Shown here: positions 18,298 to 27,947 of the stretch, piece by piece
Position numbering within the stretch: the first letter of the stretch is position 1
Layout: each line of letters opens with the position of its first letter
Source: a bacterium
Lineage (GTDB): Bacteria > Electryoneota > Electryoneia > Electryoneales > Electryoneaceae
DNA length: 64,000 nt
NCBI GenBank assembly: GCA_963675295.2
Contig: CAXXKJ010000002.1
Location: 1,952,001 to 2,016,000, forward strand
Direction: 5' to 3'
The notes under the pieces: generated by a model
The model's input: only the letters and a program-made list of their open reading frames with translations
Databases searched by the model: none
Told to the model about the DNA's origin: nothing
Translations under genes and position numbers: made by a program

Positions 18298-19065
18298 TCA
18301 GATGATGGTGAAGCTGCTCTCCGGCAACCAGCCCTGGCGGCCGTCGGCGAGACGGATTTCCGCCCAGCCGTTCAGCTCCTGCACGATTTCGACCTTTGTT
18401 CCTTCATGCAGCGCGAACATCTCCTTCGAGCTGCGGTCGGGACCGCTGAACGCATCCACCTTGTCGACCATGATGATCGCGGCGTCCGCGCCGGCATCCT
18501 CCGATGCGCGCAGCCCGAGCAGGCCGAGGTTGAGCGCGAATACGACCGCCAGCACCCAGCTCAGGTTGCGGAAGGTCGCGTAAGATCGTGCGTGGCGCAT
18601 GTTGAAAGCGAGGGCGACGCTGATCGCGAGCAGCAGGCTGAAGATCCATGCACCGTAAGCGATGACGGACGGATGCATCGAGTCGCGCAACGCCTCGAGC
18701 CATTTCCAGATGAACAGGCGGGGTGGGGCGTCAACGCGGTCGACCGCACGTTGCCTGGCCAGTTCAAGGTTATGTCGGACATCACGGTTGTGCGGCATCA
18801 GTTTCGCAGCGCGTTCGTACATCAGGATGGATTCGCCGAGTCGTCCAGATTTGTAGTAGGCGTTGCCAAGGTTATAGAGCAATGGTCCGCTGCTGTAACC
18901 GGTGTCGAGCACGTTGAGATAGAGGGTCACTGCCTGGTCGAAATCGCCGTTTTGATAAGCGCTGTCAGCTTCTTTGGCGACATCACGGAGTGCGTCCGGC
19001 ACGGCCAGGGAGAGGGCCGGGAGGATGAAAAGGGCGACCAGAACGAGTGTTAAAAAATGTCGCAT
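18298..19065 (-). CDS. batE: BatE-like protein (TPR, TM and SH3b domains)
   Basis: LYNLGNAYYK, YERA..L.P...DVRHNL and LHEGTKV...W..I...DGRQGWL motifs. Confidence 0.9.
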   Translation of the reverse strand: MRHFLTLVLVALFILPALSLAVPDALRDVAKEADSAYQNGDFDQAVTLYLNVLDTGYSSGPLLYNLGNAYYKSGRLGESILMYERAAKLMPHNRDVRHNLELARQRAVDRVDAPPRLFIWKWLEALRDSMHPSVIAYGAWIFSLLLAISVALAFNMRHARSYATFRNLSWVLAVVFALNLGLLGLRASEDAGADAAIIMVDKVDAFSGPDRSSKEMFALHEGTKVEIVQELNGWAEIRLADGRQGWLPESSFTII

Positions 19066-19099
19066 GAGTTGATGTCCTGATGCTGTCGTGGACCCGTTA

Positions 19100-19310
19100 T
19101 CCGGGGTTATCCACAAGCAATCCACGTCTTTTCCGACAGGATTATCCCCAAAGCAGAATTCTTAGAACTTTATAAAGAATACCCTGAATCTGGTTGTTAT
19201 TTCACCAGTTGCATGTTTAGTTCATGTTACCAAACAGTAAGTGTTTGAGTTGTCCACAGGTTATTCACACCGGCACGTCATTTCTTATTCACCAGTTATC
19301 CACATGGCCG
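19100..19310. promoter_or_regulatory. DnaA-box cluster with AT-rich segment; candidate replication origin
   Basis: TTATCCACA 19107-19115 and 19296-19304; TTATCCCCA 19142-19150; TTGTCCACA 19250-19258; TTATTCACA 19261-19269; TTATTCACC 19285-19293; AT-rich stretch at about 19150-19250. Confidence 0.7.
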
Positions 19311-19385
19311 AAAACCGGTCTGACAGGCGTTCCACGAAATCCCACCGAAACATCTGCGATGTTTCATGCAACGTGCTGACTCGAT

Positions 19386-21257
19386 TCAAACTTTCACCGG
19401 CTTCAGCTGCCGGTCGACGGTCGTGATCCATTTTTCAGCTCGTTCGATCAGAGTCGCCAGTGTTCCGGCTTCGCTGCCGTGCGGGCTGAACCGTGCCGTA
19501 TCGCAAATGTTGAGGATATCGCCAAGTTCCTGCTGGGACGATTGCGAGATGTCGTTGGCCCCCAGCAGCTCACGCCGTCCACGTTCGTCGAGGGACGCGT
19601 TCGGTACGTTCAACCGTTCGGACAGGTAGCTCAGGATGCCACGCGCGAGAGCGTTGTAGCCTTCGCCAATCTCGCCTTGTCCGTGCAGATCACGCGCTTC
19701 CTTGAGTGCTTTCAACGCCCGTTTCGCGGCCTTGCGTGACCGTACCAGCGACTGCTGGCCAGCCATCGTGTCACGCCGTTTGCAGATGCCATACCCGGCC
19801 ACCGCGATCAGAACCGGCAGCAGGTAGCCCGCCCAGTAACTTCCGCGTTGATGCAGCGGATCGATCTTGCTTTTCAGGCCGGTGGAGGAGTCCATGATCC
19901 AGCGAATATCCTGCCCGACCGATTCAACACGTGCCGGCACGCCTGACCCGTCCACATCATTCGCGCTCCATCCGGATGCGGCGACGACGTCCAATTCACC
20001 GGGATCAGCGCGCAGGGTGCGGTACTGTTTCCGCTCCGGATCGAAGAAGCTCAATTCGACCGGCGGGATCGCCTGTGCCCCGGGACGGCGCGGGATCAGC
20101 AGGTACGAGAACGTTTTCTCACCGCTGATGGTGCCGTTCGCCGGCCGTTTGTGAATGTCCACTTCGGGATCATACAGTTCGATGTCCGGCGGGACACGCA
20201 CTTCCGGCGCGGGCAGGAAGCCGACATTGCCCTGACCGGAAATCTTCACCGTCAGCATGACGCTTTCGTTGGTCTGCACTGCGTCCGAATCGAGCCGGGC
20301 GTCAAGGCGCCAGTTGCCGACGACGTTCTGGAAGTTGTCCGGCTGGCCGTCGGTTGGCAGCGATTTGACGTTGACGGTGATCGGGTTCGAGCTGACGTTC
20401 ATCTGTTCGACATAGCTGTCGAAGATGCTGTCGAAGAAGCTGCGGCTGCGGCTGCGTCCGCCGACATAATGCACGGTGAGATCCATCGGGCCGATGGTCA
20501 ACTCGCCGGTTCGGGTCGGAAACAGGATCAGCCGGTGAATCACCGCTGCATTGTACAGGTGGCCGTTGATGTTGCGTTCGACAATCCCCGGCGGGCTCGG
20601 CACCTTCCAGTCCTCGGACCAGAAGCCCTCGGTGGACGGCAGCTTCTGCACGTCGTAGGTGCGCACGGACGGCTGGAAGAAGAGGGTGAAGGTGACAACC
20701 ATCGCCTCCTGCAGGTAGGCGGAAGTTGGTTCGATGTCCGCCTGCAGGAAAATCGGATCGAGCTGGCGCTGTCGCACGTTGGATTGTTTCGGCACCATAT
20801 CGCCAGGATCGGGCTGGCTGGACACATCGCCCGGTGCTTCGACGACAATCTTCACCGGGTTCGCCATCTTCTGTTCGCCGCCGTCGGCGACGACCGGCGC
20901 GGGAATCGTAAACTCACCCCGCCGCAATGCGCGCAGGGTGTAGGTCAGCGTCCGGGTCGAGGACATTTTCCCATTGATGAACTGCATGCTGATGTTGCTG
21001 TTCGGCCCGGAGAGGATCTGGAACGCGCTGGGGATGTTGTTGCTCGGTGTCGGCAGCGTGCCGGATCCCTCCACCGTCACCTGGTAAATGAAGCTGTCGC
21101 CCAGTTCGAGACGGGTCGGGGAGGCGGATGCGTGTATCGAGTTCACCTTCGCCTGCGCCGGCGTGGAAGCGAACAGCATGAGCAGCAAAACGGCGGCGGT
21201 CAGTATGAACCGTGCCGTTGTTGCTGGCGTTGTGGATCTGGAGTCGGCCCTCACCAC
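19386..21257 (-). CDS. batD: BatD family protein
   Basis: Signal peptide; SGPNSNISMQFING, LFPTRTGELTIGP, AVGxF-like VVGNW and FFDP motifs. Confidence 0.9.
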   Translation of the reverse strand: MVRADSRSTTPATTARFILTAAVLLLMLFASTPAQAKVNSIHASASPTRLELGDSFIYQVTVEGSGTLPTPSNNIPSAFQILSGPNSNISMQFINGKMSSTRTLTYTLRALRRGEFTIPAPVVADGGEQKMANPVKIVVEAPGDVSSQPDPGDMVPKQSNVRQRQLDPIFLQADIEPTSAYLQEAMVVTFTLFFQPSVRTYDVQKLPSTEGFWSEDWKVPSPPGIVERNINGHLYNAAVIHRLILFPTRTGELTIGPMDLTVHYVGGRSRSRSFFDSIFDSYVEQMNVSSNPITVNVKSLPTDGQPDNFQNVVGNWRLDARLDSDAVQTNESVMLTVKISGQGNVGFLPAPEVRVPPDIELYDPEVDIHKRPANGTISGEKTFSYLLIPRRPGAQAIPPVELSFFDPERKQYRTLRADPGELDVVAASGWSANDVDGSGVPARVESVGQDIRWIMDSSTGLKSKIDPLHQRGSYWAGYLLPVLIAVAGYGICKRRDTMAGQQSLVRSRKAAKRALKALKEARDLHGQGEIGEGYNALARGILSYLSERLNVPNASLDERGRRELLGANDISQSSQQELGDILNICDTARFSPHGSEAGTLATLIERAEKWITTVDRQLKPVKV

Positions 21258-23125
21258 GGTTTCTTGTTCCCCTTGCTTCGCACCGGAACCTGCTGCCGGA
21301 TCACCTGCTTCAGCTGTTCCTTCTCATCCTGCTGCATCTGGTTCAGCAACCGTTCGGCCATCTCCTTGTTGAGGTCGTCGGGCGGCGGCTGCTGCTGCTG
21401 TTGCTGCTGGTCCTCAGGATTCTGCTGTTGATCGGCCTGCGGCTCTTCCTGGCCTTGCTTCTCTTCTTCCTGCTCTTCCTGTTCCTGATCCTGCTGGTCC
21501 TGCTTATCCTGCTGCTCGTCACTGTCCTGCTTCTGCTGATCCTGGTTCTGTTGATCCTGGTTCTGGTCCTGATTCTGATCCTGATTCTGCTGTTGCTGCT
21601 GCTGTTGTTGTTGTTGCTGGCGCAGGGCGAGTTCGAGGTTGATCTTCGCGTCCTCGTCGGTTGGATCTTTCTTCAACGCGTCGATCAGCGCCGGGATCGC
21701 CTGATCGTACTGCTGCGCCTCAGCCAACGTGGTGCCACGATTGTAGTCGGCGCGGGCGAGCAGATCCTCGTCCGATTCCGGGCTCAGGGAACGGAACAAC
21801 GTGTCCGCGCGTCCCGACTCACCCATGCGTGAATACACGCCGCCAAGATTGTACAACAATTCAGGGCGTAAGGTGTCCAGTTCGACACCGGCCCGGAGGT
21901 AGTCCTCCAACGCCTGGTCGAGGTTTTCCTCAATGACTTCCTTGTTGCCCTTTTTGACCAGCTTGTGCGGAATTTCAGCAAGTGCCGGCGCGGCAAGCAG
22001 GGTCAGCATGCCAGCGATCAGAAATACGGCTGTGGTCGTGGCTTTCATGGCTCGGGTACTCGTTTGGGTCTTCGGTTCAGCGTCATCCGGCTTCGGGATA
22101 CCGTTCAGCCCGTGCCCGTTCCTCGGCTTGCGCACGTCGGGCAGCAGGAACTGCACGATAAGCAACAACAGCGCCGCGATCAGGATCGGGGGAAACCGGT
22201 CTTCATGGCCGGAGATCTGCTTTGTCTCGAACTCACCACGCTCCAGCTGGAACAGTTCCTTGTAGAGCTCGTTGAACGCCCCGCTGCCCTCATCGGCGCG
22301 GCGGTATTCTCCGTTGCCGGCGCTGGCGATGTCACGGAGAATCTCTTCATTGAGCCGACTGGTTACAATCTGGCCGTCCTCATCGGTCAGCCAGCCGGTG
22401 CGGGTACCGAGATCGTTGAACACCGGGATCGGGTCGCCTTTTTCACGCGCCATCCCGATGGTGAAGATCTGCACTCCCTGGCTCGCCGCCTTGCGCGCGG
22501 CCTCGACGGCGTCGCCCTCGTGATCCTCACCGTCGGAGACGAGCACGATCACCTTCGCCCGATCCTGATCGTCGGTGAACACCTTCAGCGACGTTTCAAT
22601 CGCATCGCCGAGCGCCGTGCCGGGGTTCGGGATCAGGTCCGCGTCGAGCAGTTCAACGAACATCTTCGCGGCGGCATAATCAAGAGTCAGCGGCAGCAGG
22701 GGGTAGGCGGTGCCGGCGAAGGGGACAATCCCGACGCGGTCGCCCTTCATCCCTTCGATGAAGCGCGCGAGTTCGTACCGCGCCTTGCCGATTCGGCTCG
22801 GACGGATGTCCTGGCTGTCCATCGAGCGGGAAACGTCCACCGCGAGCACGATGTCGATGCCTTCGCGGACAACATCCTCGTATCGTGTGCCGACCCGTGG
22901 GTTGGCGATTCCGACTACCAGCAGCAGCATCGCGACGATGAACAGCAGACGCTTGGCGCGTACCAGCGCGACGCTGTGTCCCGGCGAGATCCGTGGCCAC
23001 AGGGAGAGGCTGGCGAAACGCCGGGCGCTCTTGCGGTCACGATTGCGCAGGATCAGTTCCAGAATGAACAGCACCACCGGCACGATCAGTACCAGCAGGA
23101 ACCAGGCTTTTCCCCAAAGGATCAT
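21251..23125 (-). CDS. batB: BatB-BatC fusion (VWA domain, TM segments, TPR and Gln-rich tail)
   Basis: MIDAS DVSRSM, DRVGIVPFAG, PLTLD and SDGEDH; then YNLG/YNRG TPRs, DAKINLELA, poly-Q and C-terminal KPW. Confidence 0.88.
   Translation of the reverse strand: MILWGKAWFLLVLIVPVVLFILELILRNRDRKSARRFASLSLWPRISPGHSVALVRAKRLLFIVAMLLLVVGIANPRVGTRYEDVVREGIDIVLAVDVSRSMDSQDIRPSRIGKARYELARFIEGMKGDRVGIVPFAGTAYPLLPLTLDYAAAKMFVELLDADLIPNPGTALGDAIETSLKVFTDDQDRAKVIVLVSDGEDHEGDAVEAARKAASQGVQIFTIGMAREKGDPIPVFNDLGTRTGWLTDEDGQIVTSRLNEEILRDIASAGNGEYRRADEGSGAFNELYKELFQLERGEFETKQISGHEDRFPPILIAALLLLIVQFLLPDVRKPRNGHGLNGIPKPDDAEPKTQTSTRAMKATTTAVFLIAGMLTLLAAPALAEIPHKLVKKGNKEVIEENLDQALEDYLRAGVELDTLRPELLYNLGGVYSRMGESGRADTLFRSLSPESDEDLLARADYNRGTTLAEAQQYDQAIPALIDALKKDPTDEDAKINLELALRQQQQQQQQQQQNQDQNQDQNQDQQNQDQQKQDSDEQQDKQDQQDQEQEEQEEEKQGQEEPQADQQQNPEDQQQQQQQPPPDDLNKEMAERLLNQMQQDEKEQLKQVIRQQVPVRSKGNKKPW
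21380..21620 (-). repeat. Low-complexity poly-Q/QNQD coding repeat in the BatC moiety
   Basis: CTG/TTG triplet runs and QNQD repeats. Confidence 0.85.
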
Positions 23126-23140
23126 GGTTGCTTCTACAGT

Positions 23141-24241
23141 TTACCGGTCCGGAAAGATTCTCATCGGTTCCGACAGCCGGTCGTCATCATCGAACTTGCT
23201 CTGGATGTAGAGGATTCCACGGTCGCCCGCCATCCAGCGCCGTCCCCGCCAGTCCAGTGCGACGGAGCGCGGTGTGTCGTTATGCGGCAGATCGACCCGT
23301 TTCAGCCGGTCGCCGCTGATGCTCATCGTCCACAAGTCGCCGCCGTTGTGGCGGTCATCGCTCAGCACGAACAACGTCCAGCCGAGCCGTTTAATCGCGA
23401 CAAAATCATCACGCGTCTGTCGCGGGTTATCATACCAGCTCTGCCCGCCCGTGGTCGTCCAGAGGAAAGTGCCGTCATCCCCGACAGCCCAGCCGCGATC
23501 GCGGTCATAAAACGTAATGTCGCGCAGGATGTCGTTCTGGTAAACCGGTGTCCGCACCTTCCGAAATGAAAACGCGTCATCGCTGCTGACATACATCGCC
23601 GAGTCCGCCGCGACGAACACCGAGCGGTCGCCGACACTGAACGGATTGCGCACCGCGACGGTATTGATAGCGCTTGAAGCGTCAATCTGCACTTCGCGCC
23701 AACCTCGTGCCGGCGGCTGAAACGCGATGATATGCGGCTCCACGCGGGTACCGTACCGTTCCTCACCCACCGCGACAATCGCGTAGGTGTTCCAAGTGTA
23801 GGAACCGCCTTCGGCCTTCGCGATTGGAAGCGCGGCGACGTCATTAATTGTAATTGCTGGACCACCGTGATATACCGGCGCCCAATCCAGTTGTTCCTCG
23901 AGATAGACGCGGATTTCGCCGTCCGGGCCGACCAGGAACAGTGGCAGTTTGTCGCCGTCGCGAATCAGTTTCCACTCACCGCCAAGCTTCTCGTGACGGA
24001 TCCAGCGTTGCGCCTGATCCGTGCGGTACAGAATCCCACTCTCCGGCGAATACAGCCAGCCGGTTCCGTCCCCAGAAAACTCAATCGTACTCAGGTCACG
24101 CCACGCCGGCGGATCAACCCGTTTCCACTCGTTGTAGCCCTCGCTGTCTTTCGCCACGGCGGATGCCGCGCCGAGCAGCAGCAGGGCGACGATGAGTGTT
24201 GTCCGGATGGTTACCACGCGACGGTTCGTCATCACGATCAC
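23141..24241 (-). CDS. Secreted YCF48/BNR-like beta-propeller protein inserted in the bat operon
   Basis: Signal peptide; LRDITFYDRDRGWAVGDDGTFLWTTTGGQSW, SSDDAFSF and WMAGDRG repeats. Confidence 0.7.
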   Translation of the reverse strand: MIVMTNRRVVTIRTTLIVALLLLGAASAVAKDSEGYNEWKRVDPPAWRDLSTIEFSGDGTGWLYSPESGILYRTDQAQRWIRHEKLGGEWKLIRDGDKLPLFLVGPDGEIRVYLEEQLDWAPVYHGGPAITINDVAALPIAKAEGGSYTWNTYAIVAVGEERYGTRVEPHIIAFQPPARGWREVQIDASSAINTVAVRNPFSVGDRSVFVAADSAMYVSSDDAFSFRKVRTPVYQNDILRDITFYDRDRGWAVGDDGTFLWTTTGGQSWYDNPRQTRDDFVAIKRLGWTLFVLSDDRHNGGDLWTMSISGDRLKRVDLPHNDTPRSVALDWRGRRWMAGDRGILYIQSKFDDDDRLSEPMRIFPDR

Positions 24242-25788
24242 TTCGGTTGATTCTGTTTCTTCGCCGGGTCTTTCTTCGGCTTGTCTGTCTGCTTCGCCGG
24301 AATCTTCTCCGGCTCCTCGGTCTTCTTAACCGGTTCCGGGTCCGGTTTCGGCTTGTCTGTCTGTCTCGCCGGAATTTTTTCCGGTTCGTCTGTCTTTTTC
24401 ACCGGGTCCGGTTTTGGCTCAACCGGCTTCCGCCCAGGTGTCTGCTGCGGCTGAACCGGGTTCTGCACCGGTTCCTGCCTCGGATCGACCGGGATGATGT
24501 CCGGCGGCGGATCCGGCTCGGGTTCCGGCAACGGATCGGGATCGAGGTAACGAACCGTCTTGCCTGGTCGCCGCTCCGGTTGCGGATCAGTTCCCCCGAT
24601 TTCCGAGACGGAACCCTGGCGCACCGCAGCTGGCTGCAGAGCCGCCGGTTCCGGCATCGGTTCACGGTAGGAACTCAGCCAGCGTTCCACCAGCGGACTC
24701 GTCTTCAATTGTGCGATATAGCCGTCCTCGCCGCAGATCAGTCGCCCGGCGAAGGTTGTCAACGGCCAGATCCTGCTCGGCAGGAAAATGTACTCGAGCT
24801 CAAGGTCGGTGATCTCGTCGTGGATTCCCGACCGGACGAAGTTGTATTTCCAAATCTGATTCCGGTTTTCCGCGGCGGTGATGAGGAAGCCGTCCGAGAT
24901 GTCGATCACCGGGTCCTGCAAATCATCAAACAGGAGTCTCCAGCCGCGGGTTACGTCATCAGCCCATAGGATTCGGCCTTTCGCCGTGCCCGCCAGAGCA
25001 GTACTACCATTTGATTCAACGCTCAGAATGGAATCTTTCTTAAACGGCATCAGGTAGCAACGCCACGGGTTGAAATCGTCCTCGTGCATCAGCTTGATCG
25101 CTTCGCGCTGCGTGAACAGGACGTGCGTACCCCGCCGGTATTGATCTCGCACCAGGGTGAGGTTCAACACGGGCGTGGAATCGCTGAGCGCGATCCGGCG
25201 CCAGTTCTCTTCCAGCGCTTCCTTGACCAGCAACAGGCTGGTCCATTTGCCATTCTCTTTGATCTCGCCGCCGAGGACGTAATCGTACGGGAAGCCCTCG
25301 CTGCTGTGGCCCATTTCTTCCACACGCCGCATGAGTTCCACCGAATCCCGTGTGCGGAACGCCAGCGCGGTGTGGATGCGCTCGTTTTTGGGTACGACAT
25401 ACACCGACTTCAGGTCCAACGCCCCGCGATTGCTCTGCGAACCGAGCTCCTCGATCAGGATTACCTCTTCATCCGGATCGACCAGCAACGGGACTTCCGA
25501 GTCCGTGTAGAAGAAGTCGCCGGCGATGTGGCCTTCCGTCCACCAGTGGTTGTCCGGCAGGTTGACCCGTGATGGATTCGAGTTGAACGAATACAGCCAC
25601 GAGCTGTCCGAGACGATCACCCAGCGGTTCTCATGCCTGAACATGTCGGTGATGTCGCCGGGAATCTGCAGCGAATTGACATCATAGTCATACCAGTAAT
25701 CCGGCTGGTCCTCGGCCTGGGCCGTCCACGGACAGGCAAGCAGCCAGATCCCCAGCAGAAACAGCATCCAGTATCGATAGGACGTCAT
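24238..25788 (-). CDS. Secreted hypothetical beta-rich protein with a Pro/Lys/Glu-rich repetitive C-terminal tail, inserted in the bat operon
   Basis: Signal peptide ending AQA; AGTAKGRI and CGEDGYIA blade-like motifs; duplicated KPDPxxVKKTxEPEKIPAxQTD unit. Confidence 0.65.
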   Translation of the reverse strand: MTSYRYWMLFLLGIWLLACPWTAQAEDQPDYWYDYDVNSLQIPGDITDMFRHENRWVIVSDSSWLYSFNSNPSRVNLPDNHWWTEGHIAGDFFYTDSEVPLLVDPDEEVILIEELGSQSNRGALDLKSVYVVPKNERIHTALAFRTRDSVELMRRVEEMGHSSEGFPYDYVLGGEIKENGKWTSLLLVKEALEENWRRIALSDSTPVLNLTLVRDQYRRGTHVLFTQREAIKLMHEDDFNPWRCYLMPFKKDSILSVESNGSTALAGTAKGRILWADDVTRGWRLLFDDLQDPVIDISDGFLITAAENRNQIWKYNFVRSGIHDEITDLELEYIFLPSRIWPLTTFAGRLICGEDGYIAQLKTSPLVERWLSSYREPMPEPAALQPAAVRQGSVSEIGGTDPQPERRPGKTVRYLDPDPLPEPEPDPPPDIIPVDPRQEPVQNPVQPQQTPGRKPVEPKPDPVKKTDEPEKIPARQTDKPKPDPEPVKKTEEPEKIPAKQTDKPKKDPAKKQNQPK

Positions 25789-25791
25789 GAT

Positions 25792-26793
25792 TCACCCCGC
25801 TAAGGCAAGGTTTCTCAGTCGTGTAATCGCCAGCAATCGTTCAACCAACAGCAGCACGAACGCTGCAATCGCGAACGGATAGAAGAGTTCTTTCCAATTG
25901 CGGATGTGCTCGATCTCGACCTCGGTGCGTTCCATCTGGTCGATCCGCTCATAGATAGCACGCAGAGCTTCGGTACTGGTTGCACGGAAATACTGCCCGC
26001 CGGTCAAATCGGCAATCTGACGGAGCAGGTCTTCGTCAATCCGCACTTCCACATTTCGATACGAAATTGCCCCGGAGGGGGTGCGAACCGGCGCGCGGGC
26101 GTTGCCGCGTGTACCGACGCCGATGGTATAGATCTTGATGCCGAGTTCCGCCGCTGCGCCCGCCGCAGTCAATGGGTCGGGCTGGTCAACGTTGTTGACG
26201 CCGTCGGTCAGCAGGATCATCACCTGGCTCTTGCCGGTGCCGCTACGTAGACGGTTGGCCGCGACCGCGATCGCCTTGCCGATGGCGGTGCCGTCCTCAA
26301 CCGCGCCCGCCTGCATCTGGTCCATCAGGCCCTCAAGGACTTCATAGTCGAGGGTCAACGGTGCCCAGGTGAACGCTTCCCCGGCGAACATGACCAGGCC
26401 GATGCGGTCCGAGATGCGTCCGTCGATGAATTCCTTCGCCACCATCTTCGCCGCTTCGAGTCGGTTGCGTGGTTCGAGGTCCTCGGCGAGCATCGAGGTG
26501 GAGATGTCGAGCGCCATCACGATGTCGATGCCCTCGGAATGGACGATCTGCTCATCAAGAGACGCGCGCGGACGTGCGATCGCAACAACAATCAAGATCA
26601 CCGCGAGCACACGCAGGATGAAGGGGATGTGCCGTAGCAGCGGACGGTATCGTCCCATCAACGGCTTCAAATTGCTACTGGAGGGGAAGGTGATGGTCGG
26701 CTGCGACACACGTTGCCGCCACCAGTACCAGCCGATCATCAGCGGCACAATCAACAGCCCGAGAAAGGCCCACGGGTTCGCCCATTCAGTCAT
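25792..26793 (-). CDS. batA: BatA VWA-domain protein
   Basis: N-terminal BatA TM region; GIDIVMALDISTSM, DGTAIG, LLTDGVNN, IYTIGVG and TGGQYFRAT motifs. Confidence 0.93.
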   Translation of the reverse strand: MTEWANPWAFLGLLIVPLMIGWYWWRQRVSQPTITFPSSSNLKPLMGRYRPLLRHIPFILRVLAVILIVVAIARPRASLDEQIVHSEGIDIVMALDISTSMLAEDLEPRNRLEAAKMVAKEFIDGRISDRIGLVMFAGEAFTWAPLTLDYEVLEGLMDQMQAGAVEDGTAIGKAIAVAANRLRSGTGKSQVMILLTDGVNNVDQPDPLTAAGAAAELGIKIYTIGVGTRGNARAPVRTPSGAISYRNVEVRIDEDLLRQIADLTGGQYFRATSTEALRAIYERIDQMERTEVEIEHIRNWKELFYPFAIAAFVLLLVERLLAITRLRNLALAG

Positions 26794-27947
26794 GAACGGT
26801 CCTCCCGTGCTACGGAATCGGAGTCATTCCGATCAGCGAATTCTTCTGAAGGTGATGAAAGCGAGTGTTTCCCGGGGTCGGAAGAGGTCGACCACGAGGA
26901 CGGCTCCGTAGGCTCGGCGGACTTCTGAAACTCACTCCCCACGGAGCCGCCGCGTGGATTTTTAGTCGTAGGTACTGAACTAGCGGAAACTTCGGCCGTG
27001 GAATCCGAACTGTTTTCCTGCTCCCTCAGCTCAGGTCTGGGCCGGAATTCGTCGATTATACTCTCGACATCAGAGTATAAGTTCCCGGCGGTCTCGCCGT
27101 CCAGCACTCCACGTGCGAATTTTACCATGTCCGAGGCACTCAGGAGCCCGTGCAGTTTCTTGCTATCAAAGGTAATAGTCGCCGTTTTCATCCATCGGCG
27201 GACCTCATGAGAGGTCATCTCAAGGATGGGCTCCTCAAATTCTCGCTCGAGCAGGCGCTTAGTTATGAAAACGAGTGTACTGACATAACCCTTTGTGTCA
27301 CCTCGCGCGAGCGGGTTGTCGTTTTTCAACGCGGCCATCGCGGCCATCGCCTGCTCATACGGTTCCGGTTCCGGGATGATGAAATCGCCGTCCGCGCCGG
27401 AGCGTTTCCGGTGTGTCCACCAGTGCCAGGCCAGCCAGCCGAGCAGAATCAGCGCGAGAACGCCACCAACCCACGGGCCGTAATACTTGAGCCAGTCCTG
27501 GAAGGTCATCTTCAGGTCGGCCTGGCTTTTCAGCGGGCGCATGGTGACGGAGGTATCGGCGAGCACGGAGGCGATGTACATGCTGTCGGCGGGCAGGGTC
27601 CACGGGTCCTCGCCGACGGTAAAGTCAACCGGGCCGGTAGAGAAGTAGCCGGTGTCGTAGGCGGCGACGGTCAACTGCAGCGCGACGCCGGGCAGGTCTT
27701 TCGCCCGCTTGCCGGCAAGGGTGTCAACGCTGAGAATGTGAAATTCGCCGAGCTGTTCGCCGACGGCCGGCCATTCGATGCCGCTGAGGTCGGTGTGGTC
27801 CGGGATTACGATGCGGACGTTGACCGGATCGCCGACACGGGCCGTGTCCGGACTGATCTCGAGGTACGGGATCGGCGTGTCCTGGGCGACCGCGAGCAGC
27901 GCCAGTGCCGGAATCAGGGCGAGCACAAACAGGGAGCGAATCGTCAT
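26790..27947 (-). CDS. Bat-operon membrane protein (signal peptide, Ig-like domain, single TM)
   Basis: Conserved position between DUF58 and batA; EMTS.E and DMVKFAR motifs; ATGA overlaps at both ends. Confidence 0.75.
   Translation of the reverse strand: MTIRSLFVLALIPALALLAVAQDTPIPYLEISPDTARVGDPVNVRIVIPDHTDLSGIEWPAVGEQLGEFHILSVDTLAGKRAKDLPGVALQLTVAAYDTGYFSTGPVDFTVGEDPWTLPADSMYIASVLADTSVTMRPLKSQADLKMTFQDWLKYYGPWVGGVLALILLGWLAWHWWTHRKRSGADGDFIIPEPEPYEQAMAAMAALKNDNPLARGDTKGYVSTLVFITKRLLEREFEEPILEMTSHEVRRWMKTATITFDSKKLHGLLSASDMVKFARGVLDGETAGNLYSDVESIIDEFRPRPELREQENSSDSTAEVSASSVPTTKNPRGGSVGSEFQKSAEPTEPSSWSTSSDPGKHSLSSPSEEFADRNDSDSVAREDRS

Noticed and set aside
19328-19376. parS-like half sites (GTTCCACG, TGTTTCA) next to the DnaA boxes
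   Set aside because: No full 16-bp TGTTTCACGTGAAACA-type palindrome is present
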